Assembly: GCA_902623685.1 (NCBI GenBank)
Contig: CACNUQ010000005.1
Span: forward strand, 44-64,043
Reading direction: 5' to 3'
DNA: 64,000 nucleotides
From: an uncultured SAR86 cluster bacterium
GTDB lineage: Bacteria > Pseudomonadota > Gammaproteobacteria > Magnimaribacterales > D2472
This document shows positions 39,500 to 48,167 of this stretch, in pieces. How positions within the stretch are numbered: the first letter of the stretch is position 1; every line of letters starts with the position of its first letter. The notes beneath the pieces were generated by a model that was not told the DNA's origin, made no database searches, and saw only the letters and a list, made by a program, of their open reading frames with translations. A program made the translations under genes and the position numbers.

Positions 39500-40195
39500 A
39501 TGAATAAATCTATTTTGAGGAGATTTTTATCACTAATTTTAGAAAAAACATATAATTTTATAGATAATATTCACTCTTTTAGAATTAGAAAATTTTATAA
39601 AGATAAGAATATTGACTGCGTGATTGATGTTGGCTCACACAAAGGGGAGTTTATTAATTCAATTTGTGAGGATCATATTCCAATCTTTTCATTTGAACCT
39701 CAAATGTCTGTAAGACATGAGTTGATGAAAAATACTCAAGGAAAAAATGTTTTGGAGTATTTTGATTATGCCCTATCATCATATTCTGGTTTTACTGACC
39801 TTCATATCAGTCATCTAACATCTACTTCTTCAACCCTTGCTCCAGACGAGCAAAGAAGATGGATAAGGTTTAAGAAATTTTTATTGGGAGGGAGTCTTAT
39901 AGCTAAAACTGTTAATGTAAATGTAGAAAAGCTAGATAATATTCTGTTAACAAAATTGAAAAGTTTCAATTCTATTTTACTGAAGATTGATGTAGAGGGT
40001 GCCGAGAGCGATGTTTTGATAGGAGCTAAAAATATTATATGCAACCAAAATATTAAATTTATTCAAATCGAAATTAGTTCATCCAATAAATACAAAAAAG
40101 CATTGGACATTCTCAATAAAAATGGCTTTATAGAATCTAAAAAATTTCTCTTTCCTTTATTAAATTTTAGTGATTTTATTTTTGTAAAAAAATAA
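39500..40195 (+). CDS. FkbM-family SAM-dependent methyltransferase
   Basis: The motif I region VIDVGSHKGEF and a later KIDVEGAE are typical of FkbM-family methyltransferases. Confidence 0.7.
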   Translation: MNKSILRRFLSLILEKTYNFIDNIHSFRIRKFYKDKNIDCVIDVGSHKGEFINSICEDHIPIFSFEPQMSVRHELMKNTQGKNVLEYFDYALSSYSGFTDLHISHLTSTSSTLAPDEQRRWIRFKKFLLGGSLIAKTVNVNVEKLDNILLTKLKSFNSILLKIDVEGAESDVLIGAKNIICNQNIKFIQIEISSSNKYKKALDILNKNGFIESKKFLFPLLNFSDFIFVKK

Positions 40196-40263
40196 ATTTC
40201 TATATTGATAATAAATATTTCTTATAAAGCAAATGTATCTCTTTTATTTTATTATGGTCTAAT

Positions 40264-41748
40264 ATGAATATATTCTCAGAAGAAAAGATAAATAGTTTTG
40301 ATACCTTGCATTTAAATTCCAAAATTAATGTTCCATTAGTTGTTGACTTAGATGGAACGCTAGTCCTTACTGATACGCTTCATGAATTAGCAATTAAATT
40401 TTTAATAAAAAATCCATTTCTAAATCTGCCAATCATGATTGGTTGGTTATTTAAAGGAAAAGCACATTTTAAGCATAATATATCTCAGCAAATAGAAGTA
40501 AATGCTGCGTCACTGCCCTATAATACAACATTTTTAAAATGGGCAAATTCTCAAAGAGAGAATGGAAGAAAGATTGTATTATGCTCAGCGGCGAATGAAA
40601 GAATTGCCAAAAAAGTTGCTGAATATACTCAAATATTTGATGAGGTAATTTCAAGCACACAATCAGAAAATCTCTCAGGTAAAAATAAAGCATTAATCTT
40701 AGAAGAGAAATTTAGCGATACCGGTTATATATATGCCGGAAATTCATTTGATGATATTCCTGTATGGGATAAAGCCATTGAGACAATTATTGTAAATGCC
40801 TCAAATAAACTCGAGAAGATTGTGAAGAAAACATATGATCAGAATTTATTTTTTTCAACTAATGTAAAAAAAATATCTATTTGGCTAAAACCACTGAGGC
40901 TTCATCAATGGACAAAAAATTTATTAATATTTCTTCCATTGATTGCTGCCCACCAGCAATATAATTTTGAAAATATTTCACTCCTTTTAGCTTCATTTAT
41001 TTGCATCGGATTGTGCGCGTCTTCTACATACGTGTTCAATGACATAATAGATATAGATAGTGATCGATTGCATGCAAGGAAAAAAAATAGATCATTTGCC
41101 TCTGGTCAGATTCCCGTAAAGCTTTCCTTATTGATGATGCTACTAATGCCTCTCTCAATAATCTTCGCTTCAATGATCGGGGAAAACTTTATGATGATGA
41201 TATTGTTATATACTCTTCTAACTCTATCTTATTCACTTTTTTTAAAAATCTTTGCAATAATTGACTGTATCGTTTTAGCCGCTTTGTATACTATTAGAAT
41301 TATTGCTGGGGCTGTAGTAATTGATAATGTTCCTTCATTTTGGTTGATTGCTTTTTCAACTTTGTTTTTTTTCTCATTAGCTTTCCTTAAGAGATATTCA
41401 GAATTGTTAAGTGCTAGGGATTTAGGAGAAAACATTATTCATGGCAGAGGATATTTAAGTTCAGATTCTCCACTTATTTTATCGCTTGGGATTTCGTCAG
41501 CTCTTGGTTCAGTAATTGTGATGATGCTTTATCTGAATAGTCCAGAAATTTTGCAACTGTATAATTCTCCTCAAATAGTATGGTTTACTATTCCGATATT
41601 ACTTTTTTGGACTAGTTATATTTGGCTTCAAGCTAATAGAGGTAACATGCATGATGACCCAGTTATTTTTGCAATAAAAGATAGAGTGAGTATTTTATCT
41701 GCAATTTGCTTTTTTGTTTGCATTATTTTGGGCGCAAGAGGTTTTTAA
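40264..41748 (+). CDS. Fusion of an N-terminal HAD-type phosphatase with a C-terminal UbiA-family prenyl-phosphate phosphoribosyltransferase (Rv3806c-like)
   Basis: HAD motifs: VVDLDGTL (DxDGT), VLCSAAN, GKNK and GNSFDDIP. From about residue 205 there is a polytopic UbiA domain: LRLHQWTKNLLIFLPL, and the Asp-rich motif NDIIDIDSDRLHARKKNRSFASGQI. Confidence 0.7.
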   Translation: MNIFSEEKINSFDTLHLNSKINVPLVVDLDGTLVLTDTLHELAIKFLIKNPFLNLPIMIGWLFKGKAHFKHNISQQIEVNAASLPYNTTFLKWANSQRENGRKIVLCSAANERIAKKVAEYTQIFDEVISSTQSENLSGKNKALILEEKFSDTGYIYAGNSFDDIPVWDKAIETIIVNASNKLEKIVKKTYDQNLFFSTNVKKISIWLKPLRLHQWTKNLLIFLPLIAAHQQYNFENISLLLASFICIGLCASSTYVFNDIIDIDSDRLHARKKNRSFASGQIPVKLSLLMMLLMPLSIIFASMIGENFMMMILLYTLLTLSYSLFLKIFAIIDCIVLAALYTIRIIAGAVVIDNVPSFWLIAFSTLFFFSLAFLKRYSELLSARDLGENIIHGRGYLSSDSPLILSLGISSALGSVIVMMLYLNSPEILQLYNSPQIVWFTIPILLFWTSYIWLQANRGNMHDDPVIFAIKDRVSILSAICFFVCIILGARGF

Positions 41749-41753
41749 CAATT

Positions 41754-43058
41754 ATGCAGCTAAAAAAAAATTCCTGGGGAAATATATCCTCACCGAATCA
41801 TCAATTTAAAGATCTAGATTCTAAGGATGTCGCCCAGAATACTATTTCCAATCATTCAAATGGGATAGTTTATGGGATGGGTAGAAGCTATGGTGATGTA
41901 TGTCTTAATCAAGATGGACTTCTTTGGAAAAGTAAAAAACTAAATAGATTAATTTCTTTTGATGAAAAGTTAGGAATTTTAGAATGCGAATCTGGGATGA
42001 CTCTTAAATCAATTCAAGATTTAGTCATTCCTAAAGGATGGATGTTACCAGTCTCACCTGGAACCCAATTTGTGACTGTTGGAGGAGCTATTGCTAATGA
42101 TATTCATGGAAAAAATCATCATCAAGCTGGTACATTTGGAAATCACATTACTGAGATTTTACTTTTGAGATCTGATTCAGATCCAATTTTATGCGGTCCA
42201 AATAAAAATAAGAATTGGTTTAAGGCAACAATTGGAGGAATAGGATTAACTGGAATTATTTTCAGTTGCAAAATTCAACTAAAAAAAATTAATGGAAGCT
42301 GGCTGGAGGCTGAATCAATTCCTTTTCAGGGCTTAGATAAATTTTTTGAGCTTACAAAAGAATCAGATTCAGATTGGGAGTACACTGCGGCATGGATAGA
42401 TTGCCTTTATAAAAAAGAGATTAGGGGCATTTTTGAAAGAGGAAAACACGTAATAAAAGATAAAAAATTTAAAAACTTTCAAATTAGTTTTCCTTTTACT
42501 CCTCCATTTTCATTGGTTAATAAATTAACAATTTCAATTTTTAACCCGATTTATTTTTTTCTTAAATCTTTTTTTTCTGGCAAGCGAACTATTCATTATT
42601 CAAAGTTTCTTCATCCATTAGATAACATTCATAACTGGAATAGAATGTATGGAACCCGAGGATTTTATCAATTTCAATGTGTTATGCCTCACGAATCTAG
42701 CAAAGAAACCCTAAAAAAAATGTTAGATTTAATTACAGAATTGAAGATGGGATCTTTTTTGGCAGTTCTAAAAAGTTTTTCTAATTTTGAACCAGTTGGA
42801 TTATTAAGTTTTTCTGAGCCAGGGATTACATTTGCTATGGATTTTCCTAATAAAGGAAATAAAACCGAGTTGTTATTTCATGAATTAGAAAAAATAGTAA
42901 TCCAATCAGGTGGGAAGATATATTTGGCTAAAGATATGCTTATGAGCAAAGAAAGTTTTGAAGCCTCGTATAAATCATTAGATTCATTTGCAACTTTCAG
43001 AGATCCCAATATAAGCTCTCAAATGTCTAAAAGGTTGTTTGGAGATTCAATTGGATAA
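41754..43058 (+). CDS. FAD-dependent prenylphosphoryl-ribose 2'-oxidase (DprE1-like)
   Basis: Collinear with M. tuberculosis DprE1 as I recall it. GMGRSYGD vs [38 protein letters not shown] vs [66 protein letters not shown], and GGKIYLAKD. The ATG at 41754 is preferred over the TTG at 41706. Confidence 0.8.
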   Translation: [434 protein letters not shown]

Positions 43059-43800
43059 TAGAGAAACTAAAGTAATTTTGGGAGGGACTTCAACCATTGC
43101 CAAAAATGTAGCAAAAATATGGCTAAAACAGCGGCCCATAAAGATAATTTTAATCGGAAGAAATTCTCAAAAATTACAGGCTGTATTTTCAGAATTAAAT
43201 AATATAAATCCTTTATCAGAAATTAATTGTGCAGAATTGAAATTTGATGATATTGATGCAGGAAGAAAATTAATTCATGAAATTGTTAAGTCTAATAATG
43301 TTTCAAAAGTACTTATTGCATTCGGTACCTTACCAAATCAGTTAGAGTGCGAAGAAAATTCTATTCGTTTAAAAGACGCGTTATTTATTAATGGTGTTTT
43401 GCCAGTAATTTATGCTGATATATTTGCGTCAAAAATTAATTCTTCTTTACCCTCCACAATTGCCATTATAGGATCTGTTGCTGGGGACAGAGGCAGGAGA
43501 TCAAATTTTTTTTACGGATCAGCTAAAAGCATGATACATACATATGTAGAAGGCGCTAGGCACAAGTTTAAGGATTCTAATTTAAATTTGTGCATTATTA
43601 AGCCTGGGCCTACGCAAACTCCAATGACAGAATCATTAGGTTTAAGAATCAAGTTAGCAGATCCTAAAATAGTTTCTAGAGATATAGTTGATGGAATTGA
43701 AAAGAACAAATCTGAAATTTATACGCCTTCTAAATGGAAAATAATTATGTTTATTATAAAGAGCTTACCCGAATTTATTTTTCATAAACTTAATATTTAA
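43039..43800 (+). CDS. SDR-type prenylphospho-2'-keto-pentofuranose reductase (DprE2-like)
   Basis: ILGGTSTIA Rossmann motif, VLIAFG, GDRGRRSNFFYGSAK (Mtb DprE2: GERVRRANFVYGSTK), IIKPGPTQTPM, and a C-terminus ...FIFHKLNI (Mtb: ...SIFRKLPI). The start is uncertain: TTG at 43039 or 43051. Confidence 0.75.
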   Translation: MEIQLDNRETKVILGGTSTIAKNVAKIWLKQRPIKIILIGRNSQKLQAVFSELNNINPLSEINCAELKFDDIDAGRKLIHEIVKSNNVSKVLIAFGTLPNQLECEENSIRLKDALFINGVLPVIYADIFASKINSSLPSTIAIIGSVAGDRGRRSNFFYGSAKSMIHTYVEGARHKFKDSNLNLCIIKPGPTQTPMTESLGLRIKLADPKIVSRDIVDGIEKNKSEIYTPSKWKIIMFIIKSLPEFIFHKLNI

Positions 43801-43805
43801 ATTAA

Positions 43806-44750
43806 ATGTTAAACCATAATTCTAAGATTGTAATTTGTGGAGGGGCAGGTTTAGTTGGTCAAAACCTTGTTCATATGCTTTTTAACTCTGGATATAAAAA
43901 TATAATCATCATAGATAAGCATCATAAAAACCTAGAAATCCTTAAGAATTTTTTCCCCATAGTTAATACAATTAATGCTGATCTATCTATTAGTGGAAAT
44001 TGGGAAAATTCATTTAAGGAAGCAAATGTAGTAATTATGCTTCAGGCCCAAATCGGCGGATTGAATTTTTTAGAATTTAAAAATAATAATTTAAATTCAA
44101 CACAAAATATTATAAAAAATTATAAAAAGTTTGAAGTTGATAGATTGATACATATTAGTTCATCTGCTATCAACTCGTCGGCTCGTGATTTTTACAGCCA
44201 AACAAAAAAATTACAAGAAAAGTTAGTTATTGATAGTAAGATAGATTGTGTAATTTTAAGACCTACTCTAATGTTTGGTTGGTTTGACCGTAAGCATTTT
44301 GGTTGGTTATCAAGATTTATGAAAAAATCTCCTATTTTTCCAATACCTGGCAATGGAAAATATATGAGGCAGCCTTTATACGCTAAAGATTTTTGTAAAA
44401 TAATTATTAGTTGTATGAAAGATAGCAAAATTAATGGAATTTATGATATTTCTGGGTTAGAAAAAATAAATTATATAGATATTATCATTCAAATTAGACG
44501 GGCTATAAAAAGTAATACTATTTTGATCAAAATACCATATAGACTATTCTATATCTTGTTAAGAGTTTGGAGTATTTTTGATAAAAATCCGCCATTTTCT
44601 GTCCAACAGCTTGAAGCTTTAGTCATAGATGAAGAATTTAAGATTATTGATTGGCCTAAAATCTTCAATGTTCAAAGTACTCCTTACGATAAAGCTATAA
44701 ACGAGACATTTACTAACACAACATTCAGCCATGTTGAACTAGATTTTTAG
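43806..44750 (+). CDS. NAD-dependent epimerase/dehydratase family protein
   Basis: Rossmann motif ICGGAGLVGQNL, and a YSQTK YxxxK motif. 314 aa. Confidence 0.65.
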   Translation: MLNHNSKIVICGGAGLVGQNLVHMLFNSGYKNIIIIDKHHKNLEILKNFFPIVNTINADLSISGNWENSFKEANVVIMLQAQIGGLNFLEFKNNNLNSTQNIIKNYKKFEVDRLIHISSSAINSSARDFYSQTKKLQEKLVIDSKIDCVILRPTLMFGWFDRKHFGWLSRFMKKSPIFPIPGNGKYMRQPLYAKDFCKIIISCMKDSKINGIYDISGLEKINYIDIIIQIRRAIKSNTILIKIPYRLFYILLRVWSIFDKNPPFSVQQLEALVIDEEFKIIDWPKIFNVQSTPYDKAINETFTNTTFSHVELDF

Positions 44751-44752
44751 CT

Positions 44753-46042
44753 ATGACAAAAAAAATTGCTGTTTTAGGAGCAGGTCCAATGGGCTTAGCT
44801 GCAGCCTATGAGTTAGTAAAAAATGGCCATAAACCAATTATTTTTGAGGCTGACGATAGGGTGGGTGGAATGACTGCCTGTTTTAATTTCAGCGGAACAG
44901 AAATAGAACGTTTTTACCATTTTCATTGTACTGGTGATTCCGAGCTCATTTCTTTGCTGGATGAACTTCAGTTATCCTCGGAAATGAAATGGAGAGAGAC
45001 TAAAATGGGATTTTGGTATGAGGACGAAATTCATGAATGGGGAAATCCAATTGCATTATTGAAGTTTAGGGGCTTGGGTTTTTTTGACAAGTTAAGATAT
45101 GGCATTTTTGCTTTTTTTTCCTCTAAGAGAAAGAATTGGAAAAGTTTAGATAAACTAGATGCAAAAAGCTGGATAAAAAAATGGGTTGGTACGGAAGTTT
45201 TTAATATTACGTGGAGAAGCTTATTTGAATTAAAGTTCTATCATTATTCTTCAAATATTTCTGCTGCTTGGATTTGGGCAAGAATCAGACGATTAGGGAC
45301 TTCAAGGTTTAATATTTTCAAAGAAAAGCTAGGTTATATTGAGGGAGGCTCAAAAACTCTTTTAAATGCTCTAACAAACTCTATTACAAGCCTTGGCGGG
45401 CAGATAAGACTAAATTCACCTGTTTCAAAAGTCTTGATTGAAAATGAAAAAATTTTAGGTATAGAAATAGAGTCTGAAGTTGAATTTTTTGATACAGTCA
45501 TTTCTACGGTCCCAACACCATTTGTTTCAAAGTTAATTCCCGATCTTTCAAAAAAAATTATAAAACAATTTTCTGCAATTAATAACATTGGAGTTATTTG
45601 TGTAATTATAAAAATTAAAAAATCTGTTTCTTCAAATTTTTGGCTAAATATAAATGATCCTGACATGGATATTCCAGGACTTGTAGAGTATTCAAATTTA
45701 ATGCCAATGAATGAGAATATTGTATATGTCCCATTTTATCTACCTGGAGAGCATCCTAAATTTTCTGATCCAGATGAAATTTTTATTACTAAGGTAAAGA
45801 AATATATTATGAAAATTAATAAATCAATTAATGAGGAGGATTTTATAGATGCTAAAGCAAGTAGATATAGATTTGCCCAGCCAATATGTGAGCCAGGTTT
45901 TTTAGAAAAAATACCAAGTTTAGATCTTGGAGTAAAAGGACTTTTAGTTGCAGATACTTGCTACTACTATCCTGAAGATCGAGGAATCTCTGAAAGTGTA
46001 AATTTTGGGAAAAGTTTGGCAAAAAAAATTCTGCATGATTAA
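44753..46042 (+). CDS. FAD/NAD(P)-binding oxidoreductase (amine oxidase / phytoene desaturase-like fold)
   Basis: N-terminal dinucleotide fold IAVLGAGPMGLAAAYEL...IFEADDRVGGM. 429 aa. Confidence 0.65.
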   Translation: MTKKIAVLGAGPMGLAAAYELVKNGHKPIIFEADDRVGGMTACFNFSGTEIERFYHFHCTGDSELISLLDELQLSSEMKWRETKMGFWYEDEIHEWGNPIALLKFRGLGFFDKLRYGIFAFFSSKRKNWKSLDKLDAKSWIKKWVGTEVFNITWRSLFELKFYHYSSNISAAWIWARIRRLGTSRFNIFKEKLGYIEGGSKTLLNALTNSITSLGGQIRLNSPVSKVLIENEKILGIEIESEVEFFDTVISTVPTPFVSKLIPDLSKKIIKQFSAINNIGVICVIIKIKKSVSSNFWLNINDPDMDIPGLVEYSNLMPMNENIVYVPFYLPGEHPKFSDPDEIFITKVKKYIMKINKSINEEDFIDAKASRYRFAQPICEPGFLEKIPSLDLGVKGLLVADTCYYYPEDRGISESVNFGKSLAKKILHD

Positions 46043-46436
46043 TTCATTTTTTTCCAAGCAATTTATTTTATTCTTGATAGTAGGTTCTTCTTGCGCAGCT
46101 GCCAATATTCTTGCAAGAGTTATCTTTGACATACGATTTAGCTATAGTACCTCAGTTGTATTGGCTTTTTGTGTTGGTTTCTCTCTAGCATTTTTTTTAA
46201 ACTACAAATATGTTTTCCCAAAGACCACAAAAAACATTTTCCAACAAATTAAGAATTTTTTTTTAATAAATATATTTTTTCTACCAATTGTATGGTTTTC
46301 ATCAATAGCTCTCCAAGAAGTTTTTATAAACTTTACTTTTATTTCATATCCTAATTTAGTTGCACATATTTTTGCAGTTTCTATTCCTGTATTAGCATCA
46401 TTTTTAATATATAAGTTTTCAATTTTTAAAGAGTAA
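46035..46436 (+). CDS. GtrA-family small membrane protein
   Basis: About 133 aa with four predicted TM helices. N-terminal FSKQFILFLIVGSSCAAANILARVIF and C-terminal YKFSIFK fit GtrA. The ATG at 46035 overlaps the upstream stop. Confidence 0.65.
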   Translation: MINSFFSKQFILFLIVGSSCAAANILARVIFDIRFSYSTSVVLAFCVGFSLAFFLNYKYVFPKTTKNIFQQIKNFFLINIFFLPIVWFSSIALQEVFINFTFISYPNLVAHIFAVSIPVLASFLIYKFSIFKE

Positions 46437-46533
46437 ATATCTTATTTAATTTTCATCAAAGATAACTTATAAATAATTAATATAAAAAAATTAAATCGAT
46501 ATATAATCCATTTTTCTAAAAATATAATTTTGA

Positions 46534-48096
46534 ATGCAAGCAAACACTAAGAGACATCTTTTCAATAGTATAGGATTCATTTTAATGGTTTCTTTAATTG
46601 TTTTAAGGTATCCAAATTTTGTTTTCAAACCGAGATTTTGGGCTGAAGAAGCAGTATATTTTGAAATTTTTTATAGTCTTGATCATTGGTGGCAATCGTT
46701 TAATCTTTTAATTTATCCAGCATACTATCTTTTTTTAAGTAGGCTGGGTCCAAGCTTAGCCACAGTGTTTCCTATTGAATATGCTCCATTAGTTACTTCA
46801 TTTGTTGGATTGATTGTACTTTCCATTCCCTTGTTAATAATTTTTTATACCGACTCAATTTATTGGAGCACGATAAAAAGTAAGCTGTTAATTTCATCCC
46901 TTTATATTTTTTCATCCACAACTGGAGAGGTATGGATGACTAGTACAAATGTTGGTTTTATAGTGCCTGTTTTTATTTTTTTAATATTAATAGATGAAAA
47001 TTTAATCTCAAAAGCAAAGAGATTTTTTTATAATGCTCTTTTGTTTATTGGGGCTATCTCAAGTCCAATTGCTATGCTAATGGCACCATTTTTCTACATA
47101 AAATATTTTATATCCAGAGAAGTAACTAGTAGAAATTATTGCATAATTTTATTTTTTGCAGCCCTAATTCAAATGGCTCATTATCTAACTGCCAGTCACT
47201 TTGGTATGGTTGCAGAGGACAGATTAGATATTGGTTCATGGGATATTACGACTAGTCTTGGAAATCTTCTTGCTTACAATATTATTTTCCCCTTGTTTGG
47301 ATACTTTATTTCTTTACTTTTTAGAGAGTTCTTTGCTTTGTTTGCCATCGGATTAGATTTAGAGGGTGTTTTAGAATCCATAAATACATCATCGGCTTTA
47401 TCTCCAAATATTCTGTTTCTAATTGAATTTTTATCTAAGATAGCTTTTCCAGTCTTATGCATTTTACTTCTAACAGTAATTTATGTTGTGTTTTTGTTAA
47501 TGAGTAGAGCTACATTAAATAAAAAAATATTTGTAATAAGTTTATTTATTTATCTTAGTTTGGTTCTAAATGGCCTATCTCTCGGGGCACTTGGAGGATT
47601 TCGATATTCCTTAATTACAGCTTTTATTCTTCTATTTTATTTACATTCAATGCTTATAGATTATCCTGACAATAAAAATTACATAGCAAAGATTTTATTA
47701 TCATGCTCACTGATTGTAGGTGTTTTAGAGTATTATCCTAGATTACATAACTATGTTCCTGACACATTTGTTGCCGAAGAGATTCAATGGCCAAATTGGA
47801 ATGATGAGCTGAAAATTTGGCAAGAAAATAATACCTATCTTCCAAAGGTTTGGCCGTACATTAAAAATAAAGATTCAATTTATCCGGCAAGATTAAAAAA
47901 TGAGGCAAATATTTTTTGCATTGATTTAAATCATCCAAAAAATTGGGAAAGAATGGGCTTTAGATACTTTAGTTCTTCATTTAATGAAATGCTAAGTGTT
48001 GGAATATCCAATGACATCAACAAACAAATTGTGCATTACGATAATTGCAGGGGAAATATTATAATCAATGGAGAGCAAGAATCATTAAGGCAGTAA
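46534..48096 (+). CDS. Polytopic membrane protein, candidate GT-C-type lipid-sugar-dependent glycosyltransferase
   Basis: 520 aa with about 11-13 hydrophobic helices. There is an acidic motif (FWAEEAVYFE) right after TM1 and a roughly 110-aa hydrophilic C-terminal domain. I recognised no family. The call rests on topology and context next to GtrA and the DprE1/E2 homologues. Confidence 0.4.
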   Translation: MQANTKRHLFNSIGFILMVSLIVLRYPNFVFKPRFWAEEAVYFEIFYSLDHWWQSFNLLIYPAYYLFLSRLGPSLATVFPIEYAPLVTSFVGLIVLSIPLLIIFYTDSIYWSTIKSKLLISSLYIFSSTTGEVWMTSTNVGFIVPVFIFLILIDENLISKAKRFFYNALLFIGAISSPIAMLMAPFFYIKYFISREVTSRNYCIILFFAALIQMAHYLTASHFGMVAEDRLDIGSWDITTSLGNLLAYNIIFPLFGYFISLLFREFFALFAIGLDLEGVLESINTSSALSPNILFLIEFLSKIAFPVLCILLLTVIYVVFLLMSRATLNKKIFVISLFIYLSLVLNGLSLGALGGFRYSLITAFILLFYLHSMLIDYPDNKNYIAKILLSCSLIVGVLEYYPRLHNYVPDTFVAEEIQWPNWNDELKIWQENNTYLPKVWPYIKNKDSIYPARLKNEANIFCIDLNHPKNWERMGFRYFSSSFNEMLSVGISNDINKQIVHYDNCRGNIIINGEQESLRQ

Positions 48097-48167
48097 AGAA
48101 ATATAATTTACTTCCCAAATATATTGCTTATAATATTTCATTTTTTAAAACACTATAAAAAACTATT

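Noticed and set aside
45334-45666. 110-aa antisense ORF within the FAD oxidoreductase gene. Similar antisense or off-frame ORFs of 60-100 aa occur across the window, for example 2438-2632, 2964-3182, 7905-8141, 13891-14175, 26494-26787, 38490-38792 and 54055-54237.
   Set aside because: All are nested in longer ORFs with recognisable family motifs. AT-rich genomes produce such shadow ORFs by chance, and none shows a motif or an RBS that I could see.
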